Source of the DNA: Patellaria atrata CBS 101060
Lineage: Eukaryota
NCBI GenBank assembly: GCA_010093705.1
Contig: MU006089.1
Span: forward strand, 2,777,561 to 2,841,560
Reading direction: 5' to 3'
Length of the DNA: 64,000 bases
The position numbers and the translations under genes were made by a program. This document shows, piece after piece, positions 12,615 to 26,339 of this stretch (positions are counted from its first letter, which is position 1; the number at the start of each line of letters is the position of its first letter). The notes beneath the pieces were generated by a model, which had not been told where the DNA came from, did no database searches, and saw only the letters and a list, made by a program, of their open reading frames with translations.

Positions 12615-13817
12615 ATCTGATAAAATCAGTACAGACGTCTTCCTTTCATGAAGCTTAGAATCCGGGCCATGTCATGGTCAAGCTTAAACGAAAAACCACT
12701 TTGGCGTTTTGGCTAGACCCCCAAGGGGGGCTAGAAACCGGCTATTGCATCGACCCTGCTGCAGCTGCAGTTCTCCAAGCCGGAACCGACTATACTTCTA
12801 ACGGAGACGGGACATGACCATGTTTTTCGGTCTTTCTTATTCTGCCTTAAGAGAGCGGAGTCTTACACATGAAAAGAAATGGTTGAATCATTTGCTTCAC
12901 AAATATTAAACCCTCGTCTGATCGCAAGTATAAAACTGACGAACTAAGAGTAAAAACTTACGTAGTAGTTCTCATCCTCGAAGTTTAACAACAAGCGACT
13001 AATACGAGGATCAGCCACAAACAATAGATTTCGCTATGACGGGATAAGCCGGCAACCAAAAGATAAATAGGAAGGAGCGAGGCGTCAACTAAAAAAAAAT
13101 CTGAAGCTGAGAAAAAGACAGTGACTTCGTGTTCCTGGACAGATTATCAGATGATGAGAGAGAATCTAGACACAGGAAAAAGATCTGATAAGCTAAATGA
13201 ACTGATTGATGTATCAACGGTGGGGTGAGAAGGCAATTGGTTACGGATTCCATACTTAGGGCGGGGTCTGCATTCGACGATTTACAGACAATAAAAATCC
13301 TTTAGCCGTTCCAGCCTTTCTAGCCATGTTTGAGTGGGATCTTTGCGTTTTGAAGCGTATCGCCAAGTGAAGTCGCTAATAAACAAGGCGAGATGACAAG
13401 GACTTTATTGAAAATAAGTGATTGCCGATCACACTCAGCATTGCTTGTGTCCGGTAATTCGCGAATACACCTCAACATCCCGAGTCTTCCCTGTCGTCTT
13501 TGTTGCTATAAGACGCGTGAGCTGCCTTTAGCTTCCCTTTTATCCCTTAGTTTATGCCGCATATCGGCGAGAAAGGGCGATATGCTTGCATTCACGGCGA
13601 AATTTGTGTCAACTATGGGACATGTATAGCTTCTGGGTCAGGCGTCGCTCGGAAGAATCCAAAAAAAACTGCAGACCGAAAACGGCTCGATTCGTTTCAT
13701 GGAGTGATGTGGCTTGCGTTCTAGCCAGGAGAGACGGACATTATTGCCATTCATCGCGACTGTGCAGCCCTCATTCCTCTATTCTTACGTTCAGCCGTTC
13801 ATTTAAAGTTATCTGAT
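12615..13817. promoter_or_regulatory. Bidirectional FET3/FTR1 promoter with four SreA-type ATCWGATAA sites
   Basis: ATCTGATAA at 12615-12623 and 13183-13191; reverse-strand matches at 13144-13152 (TTATCAGAT) and 13809-13817 (TTATCTGAT). Confidence 0.75.
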
Positions 13818-13879
13818 TCCCCGATTCTTTATCATATCAATCAGATCAAACATCCAAAAAACATAGAACGTGAGACAAT

Positions 13880-15236
13880 ATGGTTAACGTATTCGCTGTC
13901 CCAGGTACGGTAGATGCCAGATGCTGTCAACTTGTTAGCTAATTGTACTAAAGTATTTTTCATATGTTTTAGAGAATGCCTCGAGACAGCTATCATTGTG
14001 TCGATCCTTCTGGCATTCCTCAAGCAGACACTAGGGCCTGATAGAGACCCAATAGTGTACAAAAAGCTCGTCAGACAGGTATAGCTCTCTCCTTGGATTG
14101 AAGAAACCCTTGGACTAACATTAGTATGCTCATAGGTCTGGTATGGAGTCCTAGCAGGAGTGTTTATCGTGGCGGTTGTTGTCGCAGGCATGATTGGTGC
14201 ATTCTATGGTATGGGGAGAAATACCTTCGGAAACACCGAGAACATCTGGGAAGGTGTTTTTGGCTTAATCGCCTGTATCATTATAACCTTGATGGGAGCT
14301 GCTCTTCTCAGAGTTGCGAAGCTTCAAGACAAATGGCGAGTGAAACTGGCACGAGCTTTAGCAACGAAAGATGAGCCTAAGGCTTCTTCCGGAGGCTATT
14401 TGAAGAGATTGATGGAAAAGTATGCTATGTTCTGGCTACCGTTCATTACCGTCCTTAGAGAGGGTTTGGAAGCTGCAGTCTTCATCGGTGGTGTAGGCCT
14501 TGCTTTCCCCGCAAATGCATTTCCACTACCTGTCGTTTGCGGAGTGCTAGCCGGCGTCCTAGTGGGATGGTTGATATATCGGTAAGAATCACAAAGGCAG
14601 AAATCTCGAATGCCCACTAACATAATGCTAGGGGAGCTAGCTTTGGATCCATGCAGATTTTCCTCATCATCTCGACTTGCTTCCTGTATCTTGTTGCCGC
14701 TGGCTTATTCTCCAAAGCTGTAGGAAATTTTGAAGCTGACAAGGTAGGTGACGCCATCCCATTTCGTGACTCATCGTGACTGACGACATCGAAGTGGAAT
14801 AGAGCTATAGGTGGCGATGCTGCAGAGACGGGTTCCGGTCCGGGTTCTTACGATATTCGCCAAAGTGTATGGCATGTAAACGTAAGTCGTTTCCCAGAGT
14901 GTTCTTAACACAGGATTCAGGATTGACGTATTTTCTTAGTGCTGCAACCCTGAGCTAAACGGTGGAGGTGGTTGGGGTGTCTTCAACAGTCTGTTTGGCT
15001 GGACGAATTCTGCAACATACGGAACTGTTATTTCTTACAACTTGTATTGGCTGGTTGTCATTGTCGCGTTCGTAACAATGAGATACCGTGAGACGACAGG
15101 TCGATGGCCGCTCCTCAGAACAAAAAACAGGGACGAAGTTCATCGCGACAGCGAGTCCAACAGTACACATAGTGAACAGGCAAAGAAAGATATTGGTGAG
15201 AAAACCTCAGCTAATGTAAGAGAAATCCGAGATTAG
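13880..15236 (+). CDS. FTR1: High-affinity iron permease
   Basis: [20 protein letters not shown] and second REGLE (two RExxE motifs); [26 protein letters not shown]; first intron 13905-13953, further introns follow. Confidence 0.95.
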
Positions 15237-15787
15237 TTGAGCAATGGAAAGGGCTTGATGAAGAGTAAATGTACAGAATGGGGACTTGTAAGGAATAAAA
15301 CAGGGATATACTAAAGTAATATCATGAAATCTTCAGTAGTACTGTGATAAACGCTCATCAGTCTACAATGACAACTGGTAATAGCTTTGAACTCAATGAT
15401 GTTGATACACGATGTGCTCTGTAGATCTAGAAATCAGATGTAGGAAAAGCGTCAGCGAGATTGACCCCTTCTTGATTGGTCAGGGTTGCAAGAACACTGC
15501 CACCTCCATCATCTCCGGGATGCCTGATGTCAAACCCTTCGCACCTCCAGAGGAGACAACCAGATGTAACTCTACTGGGTTGTTATTTTCAGAAACTATT
15601 CCGTCCCGGCGGTTTCTCTCGCAATGGCCTGGCCTTATCCGTGAGACATCTATGTGCACTAGAGCATTTACACATAAGGTATGAAAAGAACCGACATTAC
15701 CTCTCTTCCGCTATTTGCCCGCCGCGTTGTAGCAATCTTGTCGAATCTGTAGATATTCCTTGAGATCATTCATTCGCACCGCATACC

Positions 15788-17131
15788 ATGCAGGAGCGGA
15801 ATCGACAGTCTGACGGACCTTCTTTCTACCAATCAAGGAGTGAATTTGACGGACCCATTGTCATCTCTCGAGCTGGGGACCTCATCCTTGACGTTCGAGA
15901 CGATATCTCCGGCGAAAGCTTCTCATATCGAGTAGAAGCAGAACTATTACGACGAGCATCACCATACTTCGCCAATCTATTCGGTGGCCGGTTCAGTGAA
16001 GCAGCGTCTATTTTTGCTACCCACGTCAAGCTTGGGAACTTATATCCCAAAGTCGCTGACGCTTCATGGCAAGAGTTGCCACGGGTGTCTATTTCGGACA
16101 TTGGGAGGATATCGAAGGTCAACACTATCCGAAACCTTACTGCAGACTTCCTTCGCATTCTGCATGACCTTGATCTCGATGTTGTGCCACCTCCGATACC
16201 CAATCTTGCGAACCTTGCGATTGTAGCAGACCGATTCGACGCAATATCATACTTTTCGCGATATGTCAGCAGACGGAAGTTTCTACAAGTGATAGACGCG
16301 AAGTCCAAGGGCAAGGCGCTCTCCGTCCTAACAGAAGAAAGAGTAAGGCAGAGACTTCTGCTTGGCATAATGCTTGACCATGCACCTTGGGTGGTAGTAT
16401 TTAGCAAACGGTTGATCATAACAGGTTCGAGCAAATGGAAAGCGGAAGTTTCAGGCGATAATTCCGCTGCTCTATGGTGGGACTTGCCCAACAATGTTGA
16501 AGGTCAGTTGCTACCACGTATTGCTGGATTACACTGACTAACCAACTTTCAAGAGGAGCTAATATCCCGGCGTGAATACGTTCTCGAGACAATCAACTCA
16601 CTTCAGACGCATTTCTTGAAGCTTTATAGCTCTGGTGAGCGCCAGTGCAAGCTGGGGTACGATTCATCCGTACAGTGTGATTCGTTCCAATTGGGCGAAA
16701 TGATACGCTTTTTCTTACGACTTGGTACATTACGTCTGCAAGGAACAATATTCGACCTAGAACAGCCCAGTATATATTTGGGGGACATAGATCGTCTTAT
16801 TGAGACACTTCGTCAATGCGCAAACTATCAGATTGACCGTAATCATACTCATTGTGGACTCCGGACAAGGTTAATCCCACTGCTTGATATGGTACAGAAT
16901 CATTTGAGCCTCGATGCAGGAAGTCTTGACCTTGGAATATGTGCGGATTGCTGGCGAAACAATCAAGAAATATACACCTGGCGTGAAGCAAAGCGCCCAT
17001 TAATGTGGAGTCGCTCAAGTCTAACGAGGCCTCGTTTCCCCCTTAAGCCTGTATGCCTTGGGAGGCACATCATGATCCGTGACATGTTCACTGCCGTGGA
17101 AAGAGATTGGACTGCAAACCAATCATTTTAA
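15788..17131 (+). CDS. BTB/POZ-like domain protein
   Basis: GDLILDV...YRVEAELLRRASPYFANLF BTB-like start, LANLAIVADRFD, C-terminal Cys motifs (CDSFQLGEM); intron ~16503-16552. Confidence 0.8.
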
Positions 17132-17947
17132 AGAATATGCTTAAATACAGCCTCTTGGATTAGTCTTAGCGAGTTTTCTTCATAAGAAGTGTCGATGAGG
17201 ATCTACCGGAAAGGACGAACTCACCTGCGAAACGTCTTATAGGCGCAAACAGGCCCTAATAATACTTCTCAGATGTATATAATATTAGATGCGGTCGCTA
17301 CTTCACATCAAACATGTGATCTGGAAGAGCGGTAGGAAAGCATCTGGGCTTGTCATCCGTATGCTTGAGCTTTTATTTCTCCGTGTTGTACAGTACTACC
17401 TAAAAAGGGATTCTATCATAGCATTTTTCAGGCTGTAGCCATGTTAAGGTCAGGTAGAATCGTCACTCTCAGGGCATCCCGGAAGTTCACGCGGACCGAC
17501 TTTCATGAGCTCCGGACCGTCGTGCCGGATCAATCTGTCCACCTTGAAGAAAAACCGCATATCTACAAAACATTATAGAATGAACCACGGCATATTTTTG
17601 CGTTCGGGTGTCCTAATGTTTAACAGCTATCACAAGTGAATTTTCGATTATGACGTTCTATAAACTTCGTCTTGGATATAGCTTTTCGTGCTCAAACCAG
17701 GTTCGAAGTCAAAGATTCACCTGTATATCTGAAACTGCGGGGAGCACTATGCTGAATTCCCTTGTATAACACTACCATATACATCCTATATTAGACAAAG
17801 CTCCGCACTGTACCTCTATTGAACGTATATTTCCTAGTTCGATATCATTACTTGAATAAGCTATTTCCCGGCCCAACCACTATTTAAACCTCAATTTTCC
17901 CAATTCCTCAATCCTTACTCTCTGCTCTCCTCCCATCACCCGCCAAA

Positions 17948-18628
17948 ATGCTCCCCCTACTCACCGTCACCCTGGCGCTTTGCGCCCACCTAACCACCGC
18001 CGCCCCCGTCGAAGCCGTCCAAGTGGCAAAATCCTACCAGATCCGCGGCGTCGTCGCGCCCATCTTCCATCTCTACCTCCAAAGCCTTCCCAGCAACAGT
18101 ACATCTCCCCATCTCCAATTTTCCATCCTTCTCCCCAGTACTCCACAAACAAAATGCCACCATGCTAACCACCCCGCCAGGTGCCGTGCCCGTGATGGGC
18201 CCCGAATCCGGCGCGGAGATGTTCCAAATCGGCAGCACGATCCAATCGGACAAGTCGAAGCTCTTCCTCAACATCGGCGCCGCCAGCACGTCCTACAAGC
18301 CGCTCAGCTTCGGCGCGTCCGGGAACACGACCGCGTGGGGCCTCGAGGGCGACACGATCATCACGACGCAGGGGAGTAGCTATGGGCGGCAGTTGAACTT
18401 TTTGGCGTGCGCGAGGAGCGGCGCGAGCGGGTATTATGACGTTTATCTGCAGACGGGGAGTGATACACCGTTAGTAGTTCCTTTTATTTGCGGGTTGTTT
18501 GTTTGGGCTTTTAGGAGGGTCAGAGGTGCGGAGGTTGGCTGGGAAAGGGTTGTGAGTGCTAACTTGAGATTAGGTCGGGCCAGACGTGCAGTAACTACCA
18601 GACGTTGCACTTGCCGTGTTTGTGCTAG
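17948..18628 (+). CDS. Small secreted protein (~164 aa), unknown function
   Basis: Signal peptide MLPLLTVTLALCAHLTTA; introns 18099-18180 and 18470-18573 give a continuous frame ending CSNYQTLHLPCLC*. Confidence 0.8.
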
Positions 18629-18756
18629 GTTCGTAGAAGGTCGCGGGAGAGAGACTAAAGGTGTTTGGAATGGCATATCCATCAATTGGAGATATACGTA
18701 CTTTTGCAAACATGCAACATGCTTGAACGCTAAACCCACAACCTCCGCCGCTCCAA

Positions 18757-20630
18757 TCATGCCTCCAAATCTTTTCTACCATGCTCCCTATGCGAATGCT
18801 CCTCCGGGAAAATATCCCCATCATCCTCCTCCCCCACCCCTTGCTCCTCCCTCTTCTTCTGCAATAGATACTGACAAAACTTACTCCTCGCCCTGATTTC
18901 CGGCCCATAATTGTAAAAGACAAAAGGAATAACGCACATTAAGACCTGCAAGAACCCCAACAAACTGCACGCCCACGGAATCCCGAGTCTGGCATAAAGC
19001 GGCGTCGCGGCAAACGGCAAGCACGCGCCGAACACACTTCTCGTGCAATTTGTCGCCGCCATGGCGGAAGCAGCGAATATTTCGTATGCGTCAACGACGT
19101 AGTTAAGCAGAGCCATGAAAATGAGCATGAAACCGAAGCCGAAGAAGATACCAGAAAGGATGGGTACGATCCAATGGATGTCCGGGCGCGCGGTCCAGCC
19201 AGTCCAGAACATGGAAATGACGAGGAAGGGGCCGGAGATGCAGGCGAGAGGGAGACGTCTTCCTTCTTCGGTGAAGGCCCAGGGGGCTGCGCGGGCTTGG
19301 GCGCGTTCGAGGTAGGAGTCGTACCAGAAGTAGAGGATTCCGGCGATGGTGAAGCCGACGCCGACTATATTTTGTTAGTGATCTTGTCAGTTTAGACTTA
19401 TCCTCTAATATGACCGAACTCACGAGACAGAAATGCTAATCCTTGTTGCCCTGGTGAAAATCCATATGTTCCTTCGTAGATGATCGGATACGCTTGGAAG
19501 AACATGAAGAAGATACCATAGATCAAGGAGAGATAAATGCAAGTAAATGTGACGATTGGTTCAAAGAGGATCATTCGCATAGGTCTCATCAAGATAATTT
19601 CAAGCGTCCTCCTGAGATCTTTATGTTCCAACTCTATCGGCGCGTACACATTGCTTTCTCCCTTCTTTCGTCTCTCTCTAGCTTGGTTCTGTAATAACTT
19701 TGCCGCGTAGGTTTCCGGCATAATAACGAGGGTCGCCAAGGTGATACCAGCTATTATGAGTGCCACCCAGAACGTCCATCTCCAGGATACCGTCGATATG
19801 TACCCCGAGAGTATAGGACCAAGTAGTGGGCCGAACCCAGTCACTCCCATGAAGAACGCCATTGCTCTTCCACGAGATTTAGGACTTTGATAGATATCTG
19901 CACAGATTCTGTACCCGTTAGCGCCGATTATTGATTTATGAGAGAAGGGATACTAACCCACCCACAACTGCTAGGGGACAAGAGGCGAACACCCCACATA
20001 TCAAACGAAATATCACAAAAGCAGCAAAGTTGGGTGCAAGAGCGCAGGCCATAGTGAATGTTGTGAATACGGCGAAACTTAGGACTAAGATTGGTTTTCT
20101 ACCGTAAGATTCGCTAATCGGAGCAAATACCAGGGGGCCAAGGATGTATCCGACGAGATACATTGCAATTGGGAGAACTAGAAGAGCGTCGCTTGTGACG
20201 TGGAAATCCCTAGCAATATATTTTGACCCGCCGGAGGGGAGAGAAGTGCCAACGGTACTATTGAAGACGTCTAACATTGTAATACCCAGGATCCACGATT
20301 TCCTGGACTAAACTTTGTTAGAATCTATTACTGTGTGCATAGTAATTGATATAGTATTACCGAAGACCAATTGTGAGGATGTGCCGGATCACCGCTTTGA
20401 AATGATATCAAAGACTTCTCTAGAGAATCACCAGAACCCGAGTAGTCGATGTGTGCATGGTTTGACCTTTCTTGAGCAGAAACTGATCGAGACGGATATC
20501 TCACCATATCTTCTACGTGTCGATTAGCAGATAATTTTAGAATGGATATATCCCTACCATTGTCGCCTCCATGATTAATTTTACGAGGGGAAATTTTATT
20601 TTCCCCTCTAAAACTCTCATCGTCCAGCAT
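18757..20630 (-). CDS. MFS multidrug transporter, DHA1 family
   Basis: DPAHPHNWS, GPLVFAPISESYGRKP motif A, WRWTFW, RPMRMILFEPIV, YVVDAY..FAASAMAA; several introns; exact start codon uncertain. Confidence 0.9.
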
Positions 20631-21140
20631 TGGGAAGTGGTTCTAAGTTGACGAAGATCTCAATAACGAAAGAAAGTAACATAAATACAAGAAAAGGATG
20701 CACGCGTTGATAAATAATGAAGATAGCATTGACCTACGTAAAGCCGGGGTTAGCATATAAGAATTGTGAAAACACGCCCTATGTGCTGTACAACTGTAGA
20801 GCGGGAATCATAGTGACGGGATGTAGCTTTCCCTTAGTCGGTGATGGGTATCGACACCCCCCGGTTATGACGGCATCGGTGGTGGTGAGGTACTGGTGGT
20901 TCATCAGATGGTCCAGGGTAGATCTACCGAGAGGGACTATCGGAAGGTCACCTCGAATTTCATAGATTCAAATGCGAACTTGAAGTCTAGGAAGATAGAA
21001 GACCCAAAGTGCTCGGAGACCGATGCGTTATGTGCAAAAGTATGTGTACAGTACCACACAATGTTGGACGATGTCGTGAGGAAATGATGGAAATTCTTAA
21101 GAGTGTTGGAATAGAAATTCAACCATTCGATGCTCCGGAA

Positions 21141-21721
21141 TTAGGTTTCCAGATTGATACTTCTTCCAAACCGAGCATAAAGCGCCACCTTTAACTCCTG
21201 CATTTCGTCTCGAACTTTGCTGAGTTTTTCCTCTGCTGATGAAACGTCCTTTTCTATCCTCTCGGTTGAGTCTGACAGTAAGGTCATTACCTCGGCCTGT
21301 GGAAGATGGACAAAGCAATCTCCAATCTTGTATCTACATAATTTCAGTAGGCAGTAATGCATGGGAATCGTTTATGCTCAAAGATTGATATACTTACGGC
21401 ACTTTCTCATCCTCATCCACCAGCTCTAATTCGTTCGAGACCTCTTCAAGATCTTCTTTGTCTTTCTAGATGGAACTTTAATCAAACGGCACTCCATGAA
21501 ATTGGAATGAACAACTCTACCTGCTTCGCCTTGACTTCTTCCTCAAGAGCTAATTCACGCTGATGCAGTCTGCTGAATTTATTGATCCTATCTTGATCTT
21601 CGCGGCGGACTACAACCTCTTCACCTCCTGTCGCTGCCTCATCCTCCTTCGACAGCTATGCGTCGGTTAGAAACCGAAAATAGATGTCTGCAGATAGAAC
21701 CCTTACCATGCGGCGTTGCAT
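21141..21721 (-). CDS. GIM3: Prefoldin subunit 4
   Basis: MQRRM micro-exon, EVVVRREDQDRINKFSRLH, YKIGDCFVHLP, LKVALYARFGRSINLET; three introns. Confidence 0.93.
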
Positions 21722-22989
21722 ATTGTTCGATTTGAGTTTTCAGCAACTGTGCCCTATTATTCTTGACGGTTAGACGAGGACAGGTTTTGTCGGGTCGGAA
21801 TGAGGTGGTTGTGCGAGTTGATGTTTGGTTTGTAGAGTGCCCAGCGTATGCCCCGATTCGGTTCACTGGGCCCCCAAACAGCTCGGCCATCAATGTGATT
21901 CTACAGGTACAGTCCAATTGCATCCTAAGCAGTCTAAAGAATTTCTATTTAGTTCCTGCTCCGTATGTACAACCATACTACATACTTGCGTCAGAATAAC
22001 CTATTCTCGGTGATTTTGTTGCTCTCCTTAAGACCTAGCTGGGAGGACTATGTCACGACTGCTCCGTACATATTCTGAACCCCTTCGAGAGCATAAGGTA
22101 GAGCAAGCATATATGGTCCGATATATAGTCCAACACCGAAATTCTCGGAGTGCTTTATAATTGAAATTAAGGGCTCAAAACCCGTGATATAAGAGGCTCA
22201 ACGGATCTGCATAAAAATTTCCGGATGGATCTCAACCACAGCGATGGGAAACAGGAAGGCTTCCATGACGACCGATGAGCTGTTGTAGAACCGGAGACGC
22301 TGTAAAGTCCTAAACAGGCAACATGTATCTTGTTGACCCAAATAGAACTCTGCGCTTAGGAATGATTGATATCTTGTCTCACGTACGGGAAGTATGAAGA
22401 AGGTATCAACTCCTTGAGTTCACCTTTCAACATAATGTTCTGACATGGAACCCAGAGAGAGTTTCGGTTAGGTAGTTGATAGTTGATAACTGTCCGCGAG
22501 TCAGACGGTATCGATCAAGCCTTTTCGCCGAGAAGAAAGCACGAATGGGGGTCTCTACGCTTAGGCCTCTGTCCTGCATGAACTCCACGATATCGTCAAA
22601 CTAGAAGAAGACTAGACAATACAGAGCAGTTCTATCCAGTTGTGTGTATCGCAGAATTCGCCTTCAGCATCTGTTTACCTCTTCTACCTTCCCTATATCA
22701 AATACCTACGCCACCTACAACACACTATAACAGGTATTCTCTTCATGTGCGACCCTTTTCCGCTTTTCGCCTCTCAGACCCAGTATGAGGTCCTCGAAAG
22801 CCAAGGATGCCTAACGTCCAGTCAATCAGCGTCTTACATTTCACATGTACGGACGCACTTGGGTCTCCAGCCGAAGGATTTCATCACCTACCTGCAGCAT
22901 GGCGGGGGTCCCAGGTCCCTCGATCTTGTGATGATCTACCACAGGTGGGAGGGAACTTGTGGGAACTAAATCCAGGTCGTGTTGTGTTA

Positions 22990-23110
22990 TAGCATTGATA
23001 TAAGCGGTGCCGCAGATAACCAGCTATCTTACCGCTCCCATCTGAACGGTCCTTACCGGCTATCTGATAGCTAGGGCTCGTGGACTTTATGTAGCTATGG
23101 ATATAAAGGT
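22990..23110 (+). promoter_or_regulatory. GATA-site cluster and TATA box upstream of amino-acid permease
   Basis: About five GATA/TATC cores within ~80 nt (including AGATAA and CTATCTGATAG) followed by TATAAA near 23102. Confidence 0.45.
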
Positions 23111-23197
23111 AGGGTTCGCCTAGCGCGTGGTCTATCTGTACAGTACTTTGACTTCCCTCCTCCTTCCTTCATACTTGTTGTATCTTCCTTGAGCACA

Positions 23198-25088
23198 ATG
23201 GCAGATGTTAAGGGAACCCCCGGCATAAGGCGTGCTTCCGCCGCCTCCGATGCTGTCCATGAAGGTCTTGCAAATGAAGCAGATGCTTCTGTACTTGGTA
23301 CGGTCTATCTTTAGTCGCCAGACCTATGTATGTGTTGACGAAGTGGTATAGCGCAATTGGGATACAAGCAGGAGTTGAGACGGAATTTTACAGTCATTGA
23401 AATATTCGGTATGGGCCCCTTTTCAGCCATACTCCCGTATGACTAATTCGTAGATAGGTATTGCTTTCAGCATTATGGGCTTGCTACCGTCAATTGCAAG
23501 TACTCTCGTATATAGTATACCAGCTGGTCCTGTGGGCATGGTCTGGGTACGTTAATTGTAAAACCGTCAGTCGTTTTCATCCCATTGATAGTAAGCAGGG
23601 GTGGTTCATAGCCAGCATGCTTATCTTCGTGATTGGACTTGCTATGGCAGATCTAGGTTCTGCAATGCCCACATCCGGCGGTCTGTACTGGTGGACCCAT
23701 TATTTTGCCTCTCCCAAATGGCGAAACCCCTTGAGCTTCCTCGTTGGATACAGCAACACCCTTGGGCTCATAGGCGGTCTCTGCTCGATCGACTACGGAT
23801 TCTCTCTGATGTTTCTATCCGTCATCGTCATTGCAAAAGACGGCGAGTGGACTCCTTCTAACGGCGTGGTCTATTCCGTCTTCCTTGGATGTGTCTTCTT
23901 GCACGCGTGTCTAGCGTCTACGATGTCTAATATCATGGGAAAATTGCAAACCGTCTTTGTGGTGATGAATCTGATCCTTATCGTAGCGTCCATAATCGCT
24001 CTTCCGATCGGAAGAGCATCTCAGAGAAACGATGCTGAATTCATCTTCACAAAGACGGCGAACTTCACGGCATGGCCTTCTGGATGGAGTGAGTTCTATT
24101 GTATCAGACCAGGCCCCATATCAGTATACTAATGCCCGTCCCAGCATTCATGCTCGCTTGGCTCTCCCCCATCTGGACTATCGGGGCTTTCGACAGCTGC
24201 ATCCACATGAGCGAGGAAGCTGCGAACGCGACTATCGCCGTACCCTACGGTATTCTTATGTCAATCGGTGCCTGTTGGATCTTGGGCTTCCTTCTCATGA
24301 TCGTCCTTGCCTCCTGCATGTCACCCAACCTCGAATCTGTTCTAGGTTCGCCGTATGGCCAGCCAATGGCCCAGATATATTACGACGCCCTCGGAAAGAA
24401 AGGTGCCCTTGGTTTTATGTCCTTCCTCTTTATTGTTCAGTTCCTCATGGGTCTCTCCATTCTCGTCGCCGCCAGCCGCCAAACTTGGGCCTTCTCTCGC
24501 GATGGCGCGCTCCCATTTTCCCGTTTCTTCCGCCCCATCAGCAAACGCTTTGGTTATATCCCTTTTCGCGCCATCTGGGGCTGCGCCATTCTCGGCATGG
24601 TGCTCGGCCTGCTCGCGCTCATCGCGCCGGCGTCGGCAGCGGCGTTGTTCTCCCTCGCAGTCGCCGGGAACTACCTCTCCTGGCTCACTCCGATCTTCTG
24701 CCGCCTCGTCTGGGGTCAGCACAAGTTCCGACCCGGACCCTTCTACACTGGTAAATTCAGCATACCGATCGCATGGGCTGCTATCATCTTCATGGTGTTT
24801 GGAATTGTGTTGTCCATGTTCCCGGTGGGCGGACCGAATCCGGATAAGGAGACGATGAATTATACCATTGTGATTAATGCCGTGGTATGGGGTGGCTCCC
24901 TAGCATACTATTATATTGATGCCAAGAAGTGGTTTACCGGGCCAAAGATTACGGTTGATGCGGCCGAGGTGACCGAGGAGCAGGCGCAAGTGTTAAGAGA
25001 GGAGGGAAGAGACATCAAGGGAATGTCACCACCAAGTGAGAAAGAGAGTACAAGTGGTGAGGATGTAGAGAAGGGAAATAGTCGCTAG
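23198..25088 (+). CDS. APC-superfamily amino acid permease (GABA/choline, UGA4-like)
   Basis: LGYKQELRRNF, FGIAFSIMGLLPSIAS, SAMPTSGGLYWW, WTIGAFDSCIHMSEEA, SRQTWAFSRDGALPFS; four introns. Confidence 0.92.
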
Positions 25089-26339
25089 AGGTGGCTGCAA
25101 CTTTTCAGGAAGGAGCGACGTGACCCGTCGAGCACGTGGTGACCCAGTTAGCCTTGAGGCAGTTCTAACATCGTGCTTCTGCTGCGTTCGACGATTTTTG
25201 AAAACTTTCCTGATTAGGGATTTCTAACTCGATTAGGCTATCAGAATGATTTTGCAATATCAGGTCAATATCAGGTCGCCATTTTGCGATATCAAATCCT
25301 GTTGAGACCCTCAAGCACGCCCTCTCGCAAACCCTTTTTCGCATTTTTACACTTCCGACTCCTCATCATACATCCTACAGGTTATATGTATTCATTTGCA
25401 TCGTCTTTGAGCTTTTTGATCATGCACTAAGAACCAAACCGCCGATGTCCCCGACCTTGAGCGATGTCTGCCTGATTCGGCTAGCGTGACTTTTTGACCA
25501 ACCGTGAGTTTAAAGCGTATGGCACATTATTTAATTAAAAAGGTAGAATATATCTCATGACTCCTCTATCTTCCCTCATAAAATTATCACCCGGGAGGAT
25601 TGGGGCAATTCAAAACAACCTTTACACCTTACCCCCTACCGCTTAACCCAAATTCCCAAACCAACTATCACTCTCCATATTTTCACCACATTAGAGCCAA
25701 GTCATCATTCTAAATTTCTCTTAATTTCTCTTACTTCATCCCGACAGACCCCCGATTCAGGCGTTTGATCTAGATGAAGCGCTGTCATAATTTTGTACGT
25801 GGGTCATGCTTTGTTTTTCTGGAGACGCATCCCTCACCTGACTTATATATCATTCTAGCCAACGGTTGTCAAACTGTAACATAACACTCTTAGTATACAT
25901 GACTCCATCCTCTATCCTTTTCCATCTTTCCTCGTGAAAAGCATTCGCTCTAAGGCTCATGCAATACGAGGGATTTATTGTCGTTCCTCTGCGTGTACAG
26001 GGTATCACAAGAGGGTCATTGGAGGTGTGGAGCGTGGAAAATTGATAAAGAGGGTGATCCGTTTGGTCAGAGGATATACGAACTAGGAAATACTACAAAG
26101 AAGAATAACAGCAGGGAAGGTGATGAAAAGTATTGCCATAGCATGATAATCCGCATCATTGTCACCACCATCATCATCACCGTGCCTATCTCCTACCCAC
26201 TCCTTTACCTCTGTACATTCCAAGGTCTAACTTCCCCGGGGGCGCCAGATCGACGGTGTCTGTATTAATGGACTACCCTAGAGCAGAAAAGGCACAATAA
26301 GGGGTATTTACACTAGTATGTGATTCCAGCGTGCTCACA

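Noticed and set aside
15826..16494. Long antisense ORF (222 aa) and similar shadows over LHS1, the permeases and MoaA
   Set aside because: They lie opposite well-supported genes and have no independent features.
22640..22969. 109-aa ORF upstream of the permease
   Set aside because: Non-ATG start, no recognisable motif or splice support; lies in promoter DNA.
25249..25280. Direct repeat CAATATCAGGTC x2
   Set aside because: Single short slippage-type duplication with no further structure.
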